Shown here: piece after piece, positions 1 to 11,234 of the stretch
Numbering within the stretch: position 1 is the stretch's first letter
Layout of the letters: each line of letters opens with the position of its first letter
Source: Scyliorhinus canicula
Taxonomy: Eukaryota
DNA length: 64,000 nucleotides
Assembly (NCBI RefSeq): GCF_902713615.1
Contig: NC_052158.1
Span: 32,033,990-32,097,989, forward strand
Reading direction: 5' to 3'
Made by a program: the position numbers and the translations under genes
The notes under the pieces: model-generated
What the model saw: the letters and a program-made list of their open reading frames with translations, nothing else
Told to the model about the DNA's origin: nothing
Database searches by the model: none

Positions 1-379
1 ACAGCCTTACACTGGAGTGTGACTCGGGAGGGAAAATGGAGGTGAGGGTGTCCCCATTAAGCCCTTTGTCTTTCTAGGCAGTGGAGCGACTGGGTTTGTG
101 AGCTGCTGTTGAAGGAGCCTCGGTGAGTTGTGGTGGTAAACCCTGTGGATGGGCCACACCGCAGTCAAGGTGCGCCGGTCATGGTGGAAGAGGATGTTTA
201 GGGTGGTAGGTAGGATGTGGATTGGTTCGTCCAGCGTGAAGAGATGTAACCATCTTGTGAACAAATGTGAACCTCCTCCTGTAGTGCTGGGAACCACCTC
301 TTGGGCTTCGACTGATGACTGAGTCCAGCCAAATATTCCTCAACCTGACTCATCATTCCCCATAGGCATTAATAGAACA
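1..379 (+). repeat. Recent direct duplication, copy 1 (pairs with 3164-3542)
   Basis: About 4 mismatches over ~379 nt at offset 3163; the match runs to the window edge. Confidence 0.95.
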
Positions 380-1693
380 TTACCTGGCCGGCAGATGATT
401 CACTCTCCTCATTGACCAACGGCCGGTTACCTTCATGTTCAATAACACACAGAGGGGCAAGATCAAGAATGACAAGATACTGAGGTGGAGGATCGAGCTC
501 TCCACCTACAACTACGATATCTTGTATCGACCTGGGAAGCTAAATGAGCCTCCAAATGCCCTATCCCGCGGTACATGTGCCAGCGCACACGTAGACTGAC
601 TCCGGGCCCTCCATAATGACCTCTGTCACCCGGGGGTCACCCATTGTTTTTCACTTCATCAAGGGTTGCAACCTGCCTTATTCCATCGAGGAGGTCAGGA
701 CCGTGACCAAGGACTGCCAGGTCTGTGCGGAGTGCAAACCGCACTTTGATCGGCCAGACAGAGCACACCTGGTAAAGGTCTCTCACCCCTTTGAGCGCCT
801 TAACATCGTTTTCAAAGGGCCCCTCCCCTCCACCCACCGTAATGTGTACTTCCTCAACATTGTTGACGAGTACTCAAGATTGCCCTTCGCCATCCCGTGC
901 CCTGACATGACCTCTGCCACAATCATCAAGGCCCTGCACAGTCTTTTCACCCTGTTCAGGTTCCCCGCCTACTTCCATAGTGATCTGGGATCCTCCTTCA
1001 TGAGCGACGGGTTGCATCGGTTCCTGCTCAGCAAGGGCATCGCCTCCAGCAGGATGACCAGCTATAACCCCCGGGGAAACAGACAGAGAGGGAGAATGCG
1101 ACAGTCTGGAAGGCCGTCCTCCTGGCTCCCGCTGGCAGGAGATCCTCTCCGACGTGCTCCACCCCATCCTGTCGCTCCTGTGTACAGCCACCAATGAGAC
1201 TCCTCACGAGTGTATGTTTGCTGTTCCCAGGAAATCTACCCCGGGGTTTCGCTCCCATCCTGGCTGGCAGTCCCAGGGCCCGTCCTCCTCCAGAAGCATG
1301 CGAGGAACCATAAATCCGACCCCCTCATCGAGAAAGTCCTGCTCCTCCATGCCAATCCACAATATGCCTACGTGGCACACCAGGACGGGCGACAGTGCAG
1401 TCTCCCTTTGGGATTTGGCACCAGCAGGCTCCCCAGCAACCTCCTTCACCGCCACCATCCCCGACCCTACGCTGTCTTTCCCCACCCCTGCCCACCTACC
1501 TCACGAACTAGCACCCGCAGACCCACCGGCGACCATTACCACCAACTCCGCCCATACACTGCCCCCTCCCCCTTCACCGACTCAACAACTGGGTGAAGAA
1601 GAGGACTGAGGCGATCACAGTGGAAGGTCAAGGCACCTGCCAGAATTGACCTTTTAGACCACTTCACCCCCTCTTTTTTAAACAGGGGTTGAA
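380..1693 (+). mobile_element. 5'-truncated Gypsy-type LTR retrotransposon internal region (RNase H end + integrase), frameshifted
   Basis: KIKNDKILRWRIELSTYNYDILYRPGK (RNase H C-terminus) followed by zinc-binding C..C and rve core (IVDEYSR...HSD.GSSF...YNPRGN). The order RH then IN is Gypsy-like; a purine-rich tract precedes the LTR. Confidence 0.9.
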
Positions 1694-1907
1694 TGTGGTA
1701 AACCACTGTGTTGCATGGTGTGTTGTGCATGCCTGGGCTTGTCCCGGCTGGCTCCGCCTGTGGCTCCTCCTCTCGGGCTCATTTATAAAGGTGGCTAGTC
1801 TCCGCCTCCGCCCCAGTTCGGGACCAGAGGCTAGGAGGCTGGTTGCTTAGTGTATTAAAGCTTCAGTTACATTCATCACACGTCGTGTGTTTATTGAAGG
1901 CATATCA
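1694..1907 (+). mobile_element. 3' LTR of the Gypsy element (~214 bp)
   Basis: TGTGGT...ATATCA termini, TATAAA-like box and ATTAAA signal. Confidence 0.8.
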
Positions 1908-2555
1908 CCGTCCTTGTACAGGTCCCACTTGCCCCGGAAGAGATCCCAATGGTCCAAAAATCTGAAACACTCCCTTCTACATCACCAGTTTAGCCACATG
2001 CTTAGCTACACTATCCTCCTATTTCTTGCCTCACAGGCACATGGCACAGGGAGTAATCCTGAGATTACAAACCTGGAGGTCCTGCTTTTTAGATTATTGC
2101 CTGACTCCTTCTGCAAGACCACATCACTCTTCCTGCTTATTCATTCATATCTATGTGTACTACGACCTCTGGCTGTTCACCCTTCCCCTTCAGGATGTCC
2201 TGTGTTCATTCATGCCTGTGCGGGCTCTTTCAAAGAGCGGCCCAATTAGCCCCAGTCCCCTGTTCTTTCCTCTTGTCAAATGTTTACCCAATTCTATTTT
2301 TAAAGTTCTGATTGAACCTGTTCCCACCATCCTTTCAAACAGCACATCCAAAATCATGATAATGCACTTCTGTAAAATATATTTTCCTCACATTGCCTCT
2401 GATTCTTCTGCAATTACCTTAAATCCATATCATCTGGTTTTCAAACTGCCTGCAAGTGGAAACACTTCTTCCTTGTTTACTCCCTCAAACCATTGTGAAC
2501 ACATTTTTCAAATCTCCTCTCATCGTCTCTGCTTAAGGAGAACATCCAGTAGCAA

Positions 2556-2870
2556 GGGCAGCACGGTAGCCAAGTGGATAGCACTGTGGCTTCACAGCGC
2601 TAGGGTCCTAGGTTCGATTCCCCGCTGGGTCACTGTCTGTGCGAAGTCTGCACGTTCTGAGTGAGTTTCCTCCGGGTGCTCCGGTTTCCTCCCACGGTCC
2701 AAAGACGTGCAGGTTAGGTGGATTGGCCATGATAAATTGCCCTTAGTGACCAAAAAGGTTTGGATGGGGTATTGGGTTACGTGGATAGGGTGAAAGTGAG
2801 GGCTTACGTGGGTCGGTGCAGACTCGATGGCTCGTATGGCCTCCTTCTGCACTGTTAGGGTCTATGTTCA
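2556..2870 (+). mobile_element. tRNA-derived HE1/V-SINE-type SINE, long CR1-tailed form
   Basis: gggcagcacgg head, B box GGTTCGATTCC, V-domain ttcctccgggtgctccggtttcctccca, tail ggcctccttctgcactg. Confidence 0.85.
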
Positions 2871-3163
2871 TACTCCAGTCTCTTCTCGTGAACTGAAGCT
2901 CTTGCTACCATTTTCGGAAAGCTCCTTTCACACCCTCGCCAAGACCCTGAGCTCCTTCCCAAAGTGAGTGGGCCCACAATTAAACATAATCCCCCAGTTG
3001 GAGTCTAACCAGTTCCCCCTGCCCCAGGTTAGTGTGTGCAGAGTTTGAGTGATGATTTTTATGTCTGTTGTTTCAAAACTATTCCCTCAAGATCAGAATT
3101 TTGTACTTGAGCCGGAATTTAAAAGGATGATGAGAAAGAGCTGAGATTTATGCAGCAGCTTTC

Positions 3164-3542
3164 ACAGCCTTACACTGGAGTGTGACTCGGGAGGCAAAAT
3201 GGAGGTGAGGGTGTCCCCATTAAGCCCTTTGTCTTTCTAGGCGGTGGAGCGACTGGGTTTGTGAGCTGCTGTTGAAGGAGCCTCGGTGAGTTGTGGTGGT
3301 AAACCCTGTGGATGGGCCACACCGCAGTCAAGGTGCGCCGGTCATGGTGGAAGAGGATGTTTAGGGTGGTAGGTAGGATATGGATTGTTTCGTCCAGCGT
3401 GAAGAGATGTAACCATCTTGTGAACAAATGTGAACCTCCTCCTGTAGTGCTGGGAACCACCTCTTGGGCTTCGACTGATGACTGAGTCCAGCCAAATATT
3501 CCTCAACCTGACTCATCATTCCCCATAGGCATTAATAGAACT
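3164..3542 (+). repeat. Recent direct duplication, copy 2
   Basis: Near-identical to 1-379; diverges after attaatagaac. Confidence 0.95.
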
Positions 3543-3733
3543 CCCCAGTGAATCCCATTCTATTTCTCTTGTGTGATTGTTTATTGTCCAGCTTTTTTGA
3601 CAAAGAGAATGAATTAAAGTAGAGAAATGGGGAAGATTGAACGGCGAGCCTTCATCGTGTGATGGTTTGCCCTATCTTATACTGCAGCTGTTTGTGGACT
3701 GGTCTCTCTCCCTCATTCATGATAAAAAATACC

Positions 3734-3945
3734 GTGGGCAGCATGGTGGCACAGTGGGTAGCACTGCTGCCTCACAGCGCCGAGGTCCAGGATCGATCCC
3801 AGCCCTGGGTCACTGTCCGTGTGGAGTTTGCACATTCTCACCCCCACAACCCAAAAAAAGATGTGCAGGGTAGGTGGATTGGCCACGCTAAATTGCCCCT
3901 TAACTGGAAAAAATGAATTGCATACTCTAAATTGTTTTTTAAAAA
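3734..3945 (+). mobile_element. Short-form SINE with 15-bp TSD
   Basis: atgata(a/c)aaaatacc at 3719-3733 and 3946-3960; AT-rich tail. Confidence 0.85.
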
Positions 3946-4039
3946 ATGATACAAAATACCTACAATTTGTGACCGCAACGCAAATATGTCGGACAGCACT
4001 CTGTCAGCATATCACTGGGAAAGCTGTCCAATGGGAGGG

Positions 4040-4540
4040 ATGATGGCAGCACAGTGGTTAGCACTGTTGCCTCACAATGCCAGGGACTTGGGCTCGAATC
4101 CCGGCCTTGGGTGACTGTGCGTATTCTGCACGTTCTCCTTGTGTCTGTGTGGGTTTCCTCCGGGTGCTCCGGATTCCTCCCACATTCCGGGGTGTGCAGC
4201 TTAGGTGGATTGGCCATGCCAAATTGGCCCTTAGGACAGGATTCTCCGGTTCCCCGAGCTGTATGTTCACCGGCCGCTCATCGTTCACCAGTGTCAGATT
4301 CTATCTTCCTGCCGCTTGTCAATGGGATTTCCCATTGAAACCACCACATGCTGCTGCAAAACCCGCTAGCAGTGGGAAAAATTAATTCTGCTGACCGGAG
4401 AATTCTGGCCATAGTGTCCAAAGGTTAGGTGGGGCTGCGGTGATAGGTTGGGGGAATGGGCCTAGGTCAGGGGCTCTTTCAGAGGGTTGGTGCAGACTCG
4501 ATGGGCCGAATGGCCTGCTTGTGCACATTCTATGATTCTG
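4040..4540 (+). mobile_element. Long-form SINE interrupted by a MITE
   Basis: The SINE body stops at gcccTTA (4233) and resumes at ATAgtgtcc (4411). Confidence 0.8.
4234..4410. mobile_element. Harbinger/PIF-type MITE (177 bp)
   Basis: TIRs ggacaggattctcc / ggagaattctggcc; 3-bp TTA/ATA flanks. Confidence 0.8.
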
Positions 4541-4885
4541 TGGTCCTTCTGACTATTAGGACTCTTGAAGATATGTACAGCAAGTGGTTGGTGAGGAAAT
4601 CTCCCAGAGTCCCTGTATAGACTGTGCTACGAGCAGGAATCTGAGTACAAAATTCATCTCAAACAGACTGCGATTTGTCGTATGATCTCAGCTTCACTCC
4701 ACTTCTCCGACTGGTTGCTTCATCGGAATCACTCCTGATCTATAAAGAAATCCCAGTCAAACCTCTGTGTGGCATCTGACTCTCAACTCACTGCTCAAAC
4801 CCACATCAGCTCTTTTGATCAATTGTTCTGAAGGCCATTAGAGAAGTTACTACAGAGATCACAATGCAGGCGACACACACACACT

Positions 4886-5510
4886 GCAGTACTGTGGGAG
4901 TGCTGCACTGTCAGAGGGTCAGTACTAGGGAATGCTGCACTGTCAGAGGGTTAGTAATAAGGGAGTGCTGCACAGTCAGAGGGTCAGAACTGAGGGAGTG
5001 CTGCAATGTCAGAGGGTCAGTAATGAGGGAGTGCTGTACTGTCAGAGGGTCAGTACTGAGGGAATGCTGCACTGTCAGAGGGTCAGTACTGAGGAAGTGC
5101 TGCTCTGACAGAGGATCAGTACTGAGGGAATGCTGCACTGTCAGACGGTCAGTACTGAGGGAGTGCTGCACTGTCAGAGGGTCAGTACTGAGGGAGTGCT
5201 GCACTGTCAGAGGGTCAGTACTAAGGGAGTGCTGCACTGTCAGAGAGTCAGTGCTGAGGGAGTGCTGCACTGTCAGAGGGTCAGTACTGAGGAAGTGCTG
5301 CTCTGACAGAGGATCAGTACTGAGGGAATGCTGCACTGTCAGACGGTCAGTACTGAGGGAGTGCTGCACTGTCAGAGGGTCAGTACTGAGGGAGTGCTGC
5401 ACTGTCAGAGGGTCAGTACTAAGGGAGTGCTGCACTGTCAGAGAGTCAGTGCTGAGGGAGTGCTGCACTGTCAGAGGGTCAGTACTGAGGGAGTGCTGCA
5501 ATGTCAGAGG
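4886..5510 (+). repeat. 33-bp minisatellite array (ctgagggagtgctgcactgtcagagggtcagta)n
   Basis: Direct tandem repeats; translates as LRECCTVRGSV x n. Confidence 0.97.
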
Positions 5511-7102
5511 ATGGAAGAAAATAGACTTATCAGTGATAGGCAGCATGGTTTTGTGCAGGGAAGGTCATGTCTTACAAACCTAATAGAATTCTTTGAGGAA
5601 GTGACAAAGTTTATTGACGAGGGAAGTGCTGTAGATGTCATATACATGGGGCGAGATTCTCCGCAAATGCGGAGAATCGTAATGGCTGCCGTGGGACAGG
5701 CCGTGACCCACGGCAGCCTTCACCCCCACTTCCGGGGCCGAATCTCCCCCCCCCGGGCCGGGCTAGGAGTGTGGCCCTGTGCGTCACGGCGGCGCGGCCT
5801 TGACGAGCGGCGATTCGTGGCGAAGGTCAGGCGTGGGGGGGGGGGGAGAGAATAGCGAGAGGGCGTGAAAAATGTCGGGAGGCCGTCCCGCTATTCTCCC
5901 ACCCGGCATTGGCGGCGAAGAATCGCGCCCATGGACTTTAGCAACGCGTTTGATAAGGTTTCCCATGGCAGGTTGATGGAAAAAGTGAGGTCGCATGGGG
6001 TTCAAGGTGTACTAGCTAGATGGATAAAGAACTGGCTGGGTAAGAAGAGACAGAGAGTAGTGGTGGAAGGGAGTGTCTCAAAATGGAGAAGGGTGACTAG
6101 TGGTGTTCCACAGGGATCCGTGCTCGGACCAATGTTGTTTGTGATCTACATAAATGACCTGGAAGAAGGTATAGCTGGTCTGATTAGCAAGTTTGCAGAC
6201 GATACTAAGATTCGTGGAGTTGCAGATAGCAAGGAGGACTGTCAGAGAATACAACAAAATATAGATAGTTTGGAGAGTTGGGCAGAGAAATGGCAGATGG
6301 AGTTCAATCCAGGCAAATGCGAGGTGATGCATTTTGGAAGATCAAATTCAAGAGCGGAACATATGGTCAATGGAAGGGTCCTGGGGAAAATTGATGTACA
6401 GAGAGATCTGGGAGTTCAGGTCCATTGTACCCTGAAGGTGGCAACGCAGGTTGATAGAGTGGTCAACAAGGCATACAGCATGCTTGCCTTCATCGGAAGG
6501 GGTATTGAGTACAAGAGTCGGCAGGTCATGTTACAGTTGTATAGGACTTTGGTTAGGCCATATTTGGAATACTGTGTGGAGTGCTGGTCGCCACATTACC
6601 AGAAGGATGTGGATGCTTTGGAGAGGGTGCAGAGGAGGTTCACCAGGATGTTGCCTGGTATGGAGGGTGCTAGCTACAAAGAAAGGTTGAGTAGATTAGG
6701 ATTGTTTTCATTGGAAAGATGGAGGTTGAGGGGGGACCTAATTGAGGTCTACAAAATTATGAGAGGTATGGACAGGGTGGACAGCAACAAGCTTTTTCCA
6801 AGAGTGGCGGTGTCAGTTACAAGGGGTCATAATTTCAATGTGAGAGGGGGAAAGTTTAAGGGAGATGTGCTTGGAAAGTTTTTTACGCAGAGGGTTGTGG
6901 GTGCATGGAACACTTTACCAGCGGAGGTGGTAGAGGCGGGCATGATAGCATCATTTAAGAGGCTATATGAACGGGCGGGAACAGAGGGAAGTAGACCGTG
7001 GAACATAGGAGAAAGGTTTAGATAAAGGATCTGGATCGGCGCAGGCTGGGAGGGCCGAAGGGCCTGTTCCTGTGCTGTAATTTTCTTTGTTCTTTGTTCT
7101 TT
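5511..7102 (+). mobile_element. 5'-truncated young CR1 LINE (RT domain + 3' UTR) inserted in the minisatellite
   Basis: QHGFVQGRSCLTNLIEFF, DFSNAFDKVSH, GVPQGSVLGP and KFADDTK motifs; frame is open from the MITE to the stop; (ttctttg)n tail. Confidence 0.95.
5649..5930. mobile_element. Harbinger-type MITE (282 bp) inserted in the CR1 RT, TSD ATG
   Basis: gggcgagattctcc...gaagaatcgcgccc, with ATG at 5646-5648 and 5931-5933. Removing it restores VIYMDF. Confidence 0.9.
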
Positions 7103-8619
7103 GATCAGAGCTGAGGGAGTGCTGCACTGTCAGAGAGTCAGTACTGAGGGAGTGCTGAACTGTCAGAGGGTCAGTACTGAGGGAGCGCTGCACTGTCAGA
7201 GGGTCAGTACTGAGGATGCTGCACTGTCAGAGGGTCAGTACTGAGGGAGTGCTGCTCTGACAGAGGGACAGTACTGAGGGAGTGCTGCTCTGACAGAGGG
7301 TCAGTACTGAGGGAGTGCTGCACTGTCAGTGGGTCAGTACTGAGGGAGTGCTGCACTGTCAGATGGTCAGCACTGAGGAAATGCTGCACTGTCAGACGAT
7401 CAGTACTGAGGGAATGCTGCACAGTCAGAGGGTCAGTGGTGAGGGAGTGCTGCACTTTCAGAGGGTTAGTACTGAGGGAGTGCTGCACTTTCAGAGGGTC
7501 AGTACTGAGAGACTGCTGCACTGTCAGAGGGTCAGTACTGAGGGAGTGCTGCACTGTCAGAGGGTCAGTACTGAGGGAGTGCTACACTATCAGAGGATCA
7601 GTACTGTGGGAGTGCTGCACTGTCAGAGGGTTAGTACTGAGGGAGTGCTGCACTGTCAGAGGGTCAGTACTGAGGGAGTCCTGCATTGTCAGGTCAGTAC
7701 TGAGGGAGCGCTGCACTGTCAGAGGATCAGTATTGAGGGGGTGCTGTACTGTCAGTGTCAGTACTGAGGGAGTGTTGCAATGTCAGAGGGTCAGTAATGA
7801 GGGAGTGCTGCACTCTCAGAGGGTCAGTACTGAGGGAGTACTACACTGTCAGAGGGTCAGTACTGAGGGAGTGCTGCACTGTCAGAGGTTCAGTACTGAG
7901 AGAATGCTGCACAGTCAGAGGCTCAGTGCTGAGGGAGTGCTGCACTGTCAGAGGGTCAGTGCTGACTGAGGGAGTGCTGCATTGTCAGAGGGTCAGTACT
8001 GAGGGAGTGCTGCACTGTCAGAGGGTCAGTGCTGAGGGAGTGCTGAACTGTCAGAGGCTCAGTGCTGAGCAAGTGCTGCACTGTTAGAGGGTCAGTACTG
8101 AGGGAGTGCTGCACTGTCAGAGGGTCAGTACTGAGGGAGTGCTGCACTGTCAGTAGGTCAGTACTGAGGGAGTGCTGCACTGTCAGTAGGTCAGTACTGA
8201 GGGAGTGCTGCACTGTCAGAGGGTCAGTGCTGAGGGAGTGCTGAACTGTCAGAGGCTCAGTGCTGAGCAAGTGCTGCACTGTCAGAGGGTCAGTACTGAG
8301 GGAGTGCTGCACTGTCAGAGGGTCAGTACTGAGGGAGTGCTGCACTGTCAGTAGGTCAGTACTGAGGGAGTGCTGCACTGTCAGTAGGTCAGTACTGAGG
8401 GAGCGCTGCATTGTCAGAGGGTCAGTAATGAGCGAGTGCTGCACTGTCGGTGGGTCAGTACTGAGGGAGTGCTGCACTGTCAGAGGGTCAGTACTGAGGC
8501 AGTGCTGCTCTGTCAGAGGCTCAGTGCTGAGGGAATGCTGCACTGTCAGAGGCTCAGTGCTGAGGGGGTGGCGCTCTGTCAAAGGGACAGTATTGATGGA
8601 GTGCTGCAGTGTCAGAGGG
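7103..8619 (+). repeat. 33-bp minisatellite array (continuation after the CR1)
   Basis: Same unit as 4886-5510. Confidence 0.97.
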
Positions 8620-10075
8620 TTGATGGCGGCAAACACCAGTGCCAGGTATCCTAGTGGGCTCTGTCCACATTGAAATTGAAGTATTGATCCGCCTGGGTAG
8701 GTCGGGCCTTTGTGATGGCGCGGATGCACCTATTCACCGCGGTCTGTGAAATTCCCACTTGGCGACCTGGAAGACCCCGTAGCGTAAAAATTCAGGCCGA
8801 TGATCACTTTTGACGGCCACTGGGAGCATGTGCCCTCCCCTATACCTACGCGGTGCCAGTTGTGCCAGCATATGGCAGATATGTCGTATTGTCTCCCCGC
8901 TCAACCAGAGTCTTCGATCGGATGCCTGGTCCGGCAGGTCCTTGATGTCAGGCTGCGCCGGTACACACGAGGCCTCATGCAGCGCCTCCTTGACACTCAT
9001 CCTCTACGGCCCATTGGGCAGCCTGCTCTCCATCCTGGGCGACTATCACCTGTTCCTCTGTGGCAAGCTCTATTGCTGCAGCTTCCTCCTCCTTGAGCAG
9101 CTCCTGCTTGTACAGCCACAGGGCAACCGCCAGGGCTGCCGTGACCAGCAGGAAGGCCACCATTGCTGGTTGAATTCCAATATTCATTGACTGCAGGGGT
9201 GAAAGGCCGCCATGGTATTACAATGCATCTCTGCGTGTACAACCAGGTCCAATGGGCTACATGGTGGCCCCAGTTGGCACTGTGGGCTCTGCACCCCTGG
9301 CTCCGTCATTTTTTGGCATCATGGGGGCCTCTGGCCCTGGTGCCCATCTCTGCTGCCAGGGGTACACACCACGGTGCCAGCCTGGTGCCACCCATCAGGA
9401 CTCTTAGAGGGCATTGCCCTTGGGTGGGCCACCTGATGACCCACCGGTGGGTGGCAGCCGAGTTGGGGGGGGGGGGGGGGGAAACGTATGGCAGAGGGTT
9501 GGTGCAGGGGTGAGGGAACCCATACGGCCGGTGTCACTGCAGAAGCAGGGGGCAAGTTGGGTGGTCAGCGGGGTGCGCAGCAAAATGGCTGCCTTGAAGG
9601 CCACGGCAATGGCGATCCATGACTGGACACCGTCCCAGTCCCATGGGAGTCACCCCGGCCACAAAGCCTGTTCCCTTGTCACCTCCCCCTCCCCCTAGGC
9701 TTGGCAGGATCCCCCCATCCCAACCAGCCCTACCAGTGTCCCGCTCAGTAGCCTGCAGTCACTCCTCTCTGTATCCTACCTCCACTCTCTCTCTCTCTCA
9801 TCAGCCTCAATGCCAGTTTCACGATTTTTAAAAGCACAAGTGAACCATGCCGTCGGGATCTCGACCTATCAGAGGCGGAGAATGCCGGGTCAGGCCCGCT
9901 AATGATATACAAACGGTGTTTCCTGTCGGTGCATTCTGGACCGCATTGACGCTGCCATCGAGGTGACGGAGAATCGTGATTTGGCGTCAAATTGGCGCCC
10001 GCCCAAGTGGCGGAACTCATTCTCTGCCCAATCGCGTTTGGCGATTTAAGAGTCAGACAACGGAGAATTCCGCCC
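8620..10075 (-). mobile_element. Truncated Harbinger transposon with a degraded HARBI1-like transposase N-terminal region
   Basis: Minus strand reads DLPDQASDRRLWLSGETIRHIC...GGHMLPVAVK...CIRAIT; TIR ggagaattccgccc ends at 10075. Confidence 0.8.
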
Positions 10076-10544
10076 TGAAATTTTCTCCGCAAGATAAAAC
10101 TGAATTATTTGGGTCAATACTGACATTGGGAGTTTTTTGTTGGGTAAATGTATTGAGAGGCCTGGAATATTTTGGCGAATTGGAAATGGGATTCATGTTA
10201 TCCACAAACCCCTTTAATGGGGAAGCAGGTTCGAGGGTCTGAATGGCCTCCTCCTGTTCCTATGGATTCTGTCTCAGTCTCTCTCTATCTCTGAATCACG
10301 GTCAATCGTTATATTTATTCCATCAACAATTTGTGTTCAGCACCTGTCTGCTGCCCTGTGAGAGGTGCAAGGTCACACTGAATATAATTAATTCCTCATA
10401 GCGGTGAGGAGAATATTAAATGATCAGACTCATTAAAGCAACACTGACCTCGCCAGATTGGAGTTGTGACAACACACACTGAGTCCGGCAAACAATCTCC
10501 CCTTAAACCGTTCAGCATGAAACACAGAAACTAGAGAAATACAG

Positions 10545-11090
10545 CCTGGTGAATTGAGATGAGCCAATGTGTGACTGAATATTTAACATAATGAAGGACG
10601 TGTTTATTTTGATTGGGTTTGCAGTTTTCATTAATTTGGGTGATGTGGATTAGTTGATGTGTGAGTGAGGGACTTACACAATGAAGGATGTGTTTCTTAA
10701 TAACTGAGTTTCCAGGTTTCATTTATCCAGGTGATTTGAGGTCCGCCAATGTGCGAGAGAATGTTTAACATAATGAATGATGGGGCAGCACGGTGGCCTA
10801 GTGGTTAGCCCTGCAGCCTCACGGCGCCGAGGTCCCAGGTTCGATCCCGGCTCTGGGTCACTGTCCGTGTGGAATTTGCACGTTCTCCCCGTGTCTGCGT
10901 GGGTTTCGCCCCCACAACCCAAAAATATGCAGAGTAGGTGGATTGGCCACATTAAATTGCCCCTTAATTGGAAAAATGAACTGGGTACTCTAAATTTATT
11001 TTTAAAATAACATAATGAATGATGTGTTTATCCGTTACGGGGTTTTCAGTTTTCATCGCCCAGGTGACTCGGGGTGGATTGTTAAGCTTT
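10545..11090 (+). promoter_or_regulatory. Four-copy 91-bp degenerate tandem repeat resembling an ISRE / X-box / CCAAT promoter module
   Basis: Units start at 10545, 10636, 10727 and 11060; the period is 91 after removing the 242-bp SINE plus TSD. Motifs are (G/A)GTTTTCAGTTTTCAT-like, CCAGGTGAYTYG(A/G)GGT and GCCAAT (10564, 10746). The repeat is seen directly; the function is inferred. Confidence 0.45.
10782..11007 (+). mobile_element. Short-form SINE with perfect 16-bp TSD
   Basis: taacataatgaatgat at 10766-10781 and 11008-11023. Confidence 0.92.
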
Positions 11091-11234
11091 GCTTCAGTTT
11101 GTGACATTTACTCCTCGACTAGGAATGAGACCGAGCAGGCTGACGGGAATTCCAATAATATTCAGCGTCTGCATCTTCTCCCAGTGATGATAATAATAAT
11201 AATACATATATTTAAATCATAATAATTATAATAA

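Noticed and set aside
2556-2640. tRNA-like A/B boxes in many places
   Set aside because: All are SINE heads continuing into V-domain or Deu-domain bodies; no standalone tRNA with an acceptor stem.
4886-8619. Regular 33-bp repeat with a palindrome as a possible CRISPR array
   Set aside because: Units are head-to-tail with no unique spacers, there are no cas genes, and the context is vertebrate.
4864-8729. Cys-rich repetitive ORFs (LRECCTVRGSV, EGVLHCQRVST, TDPLTVQHSLS) resembling keratin-associated or metallothionein-like proteins
   Set aside because: Read-through of a 33-bp (multiple of 3) minisatellite that is open in several frames on both strands; no codon-position bias, no splice or start context. 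The same applies at 16.6-18.8 kb and 28.2-29.2 kb.
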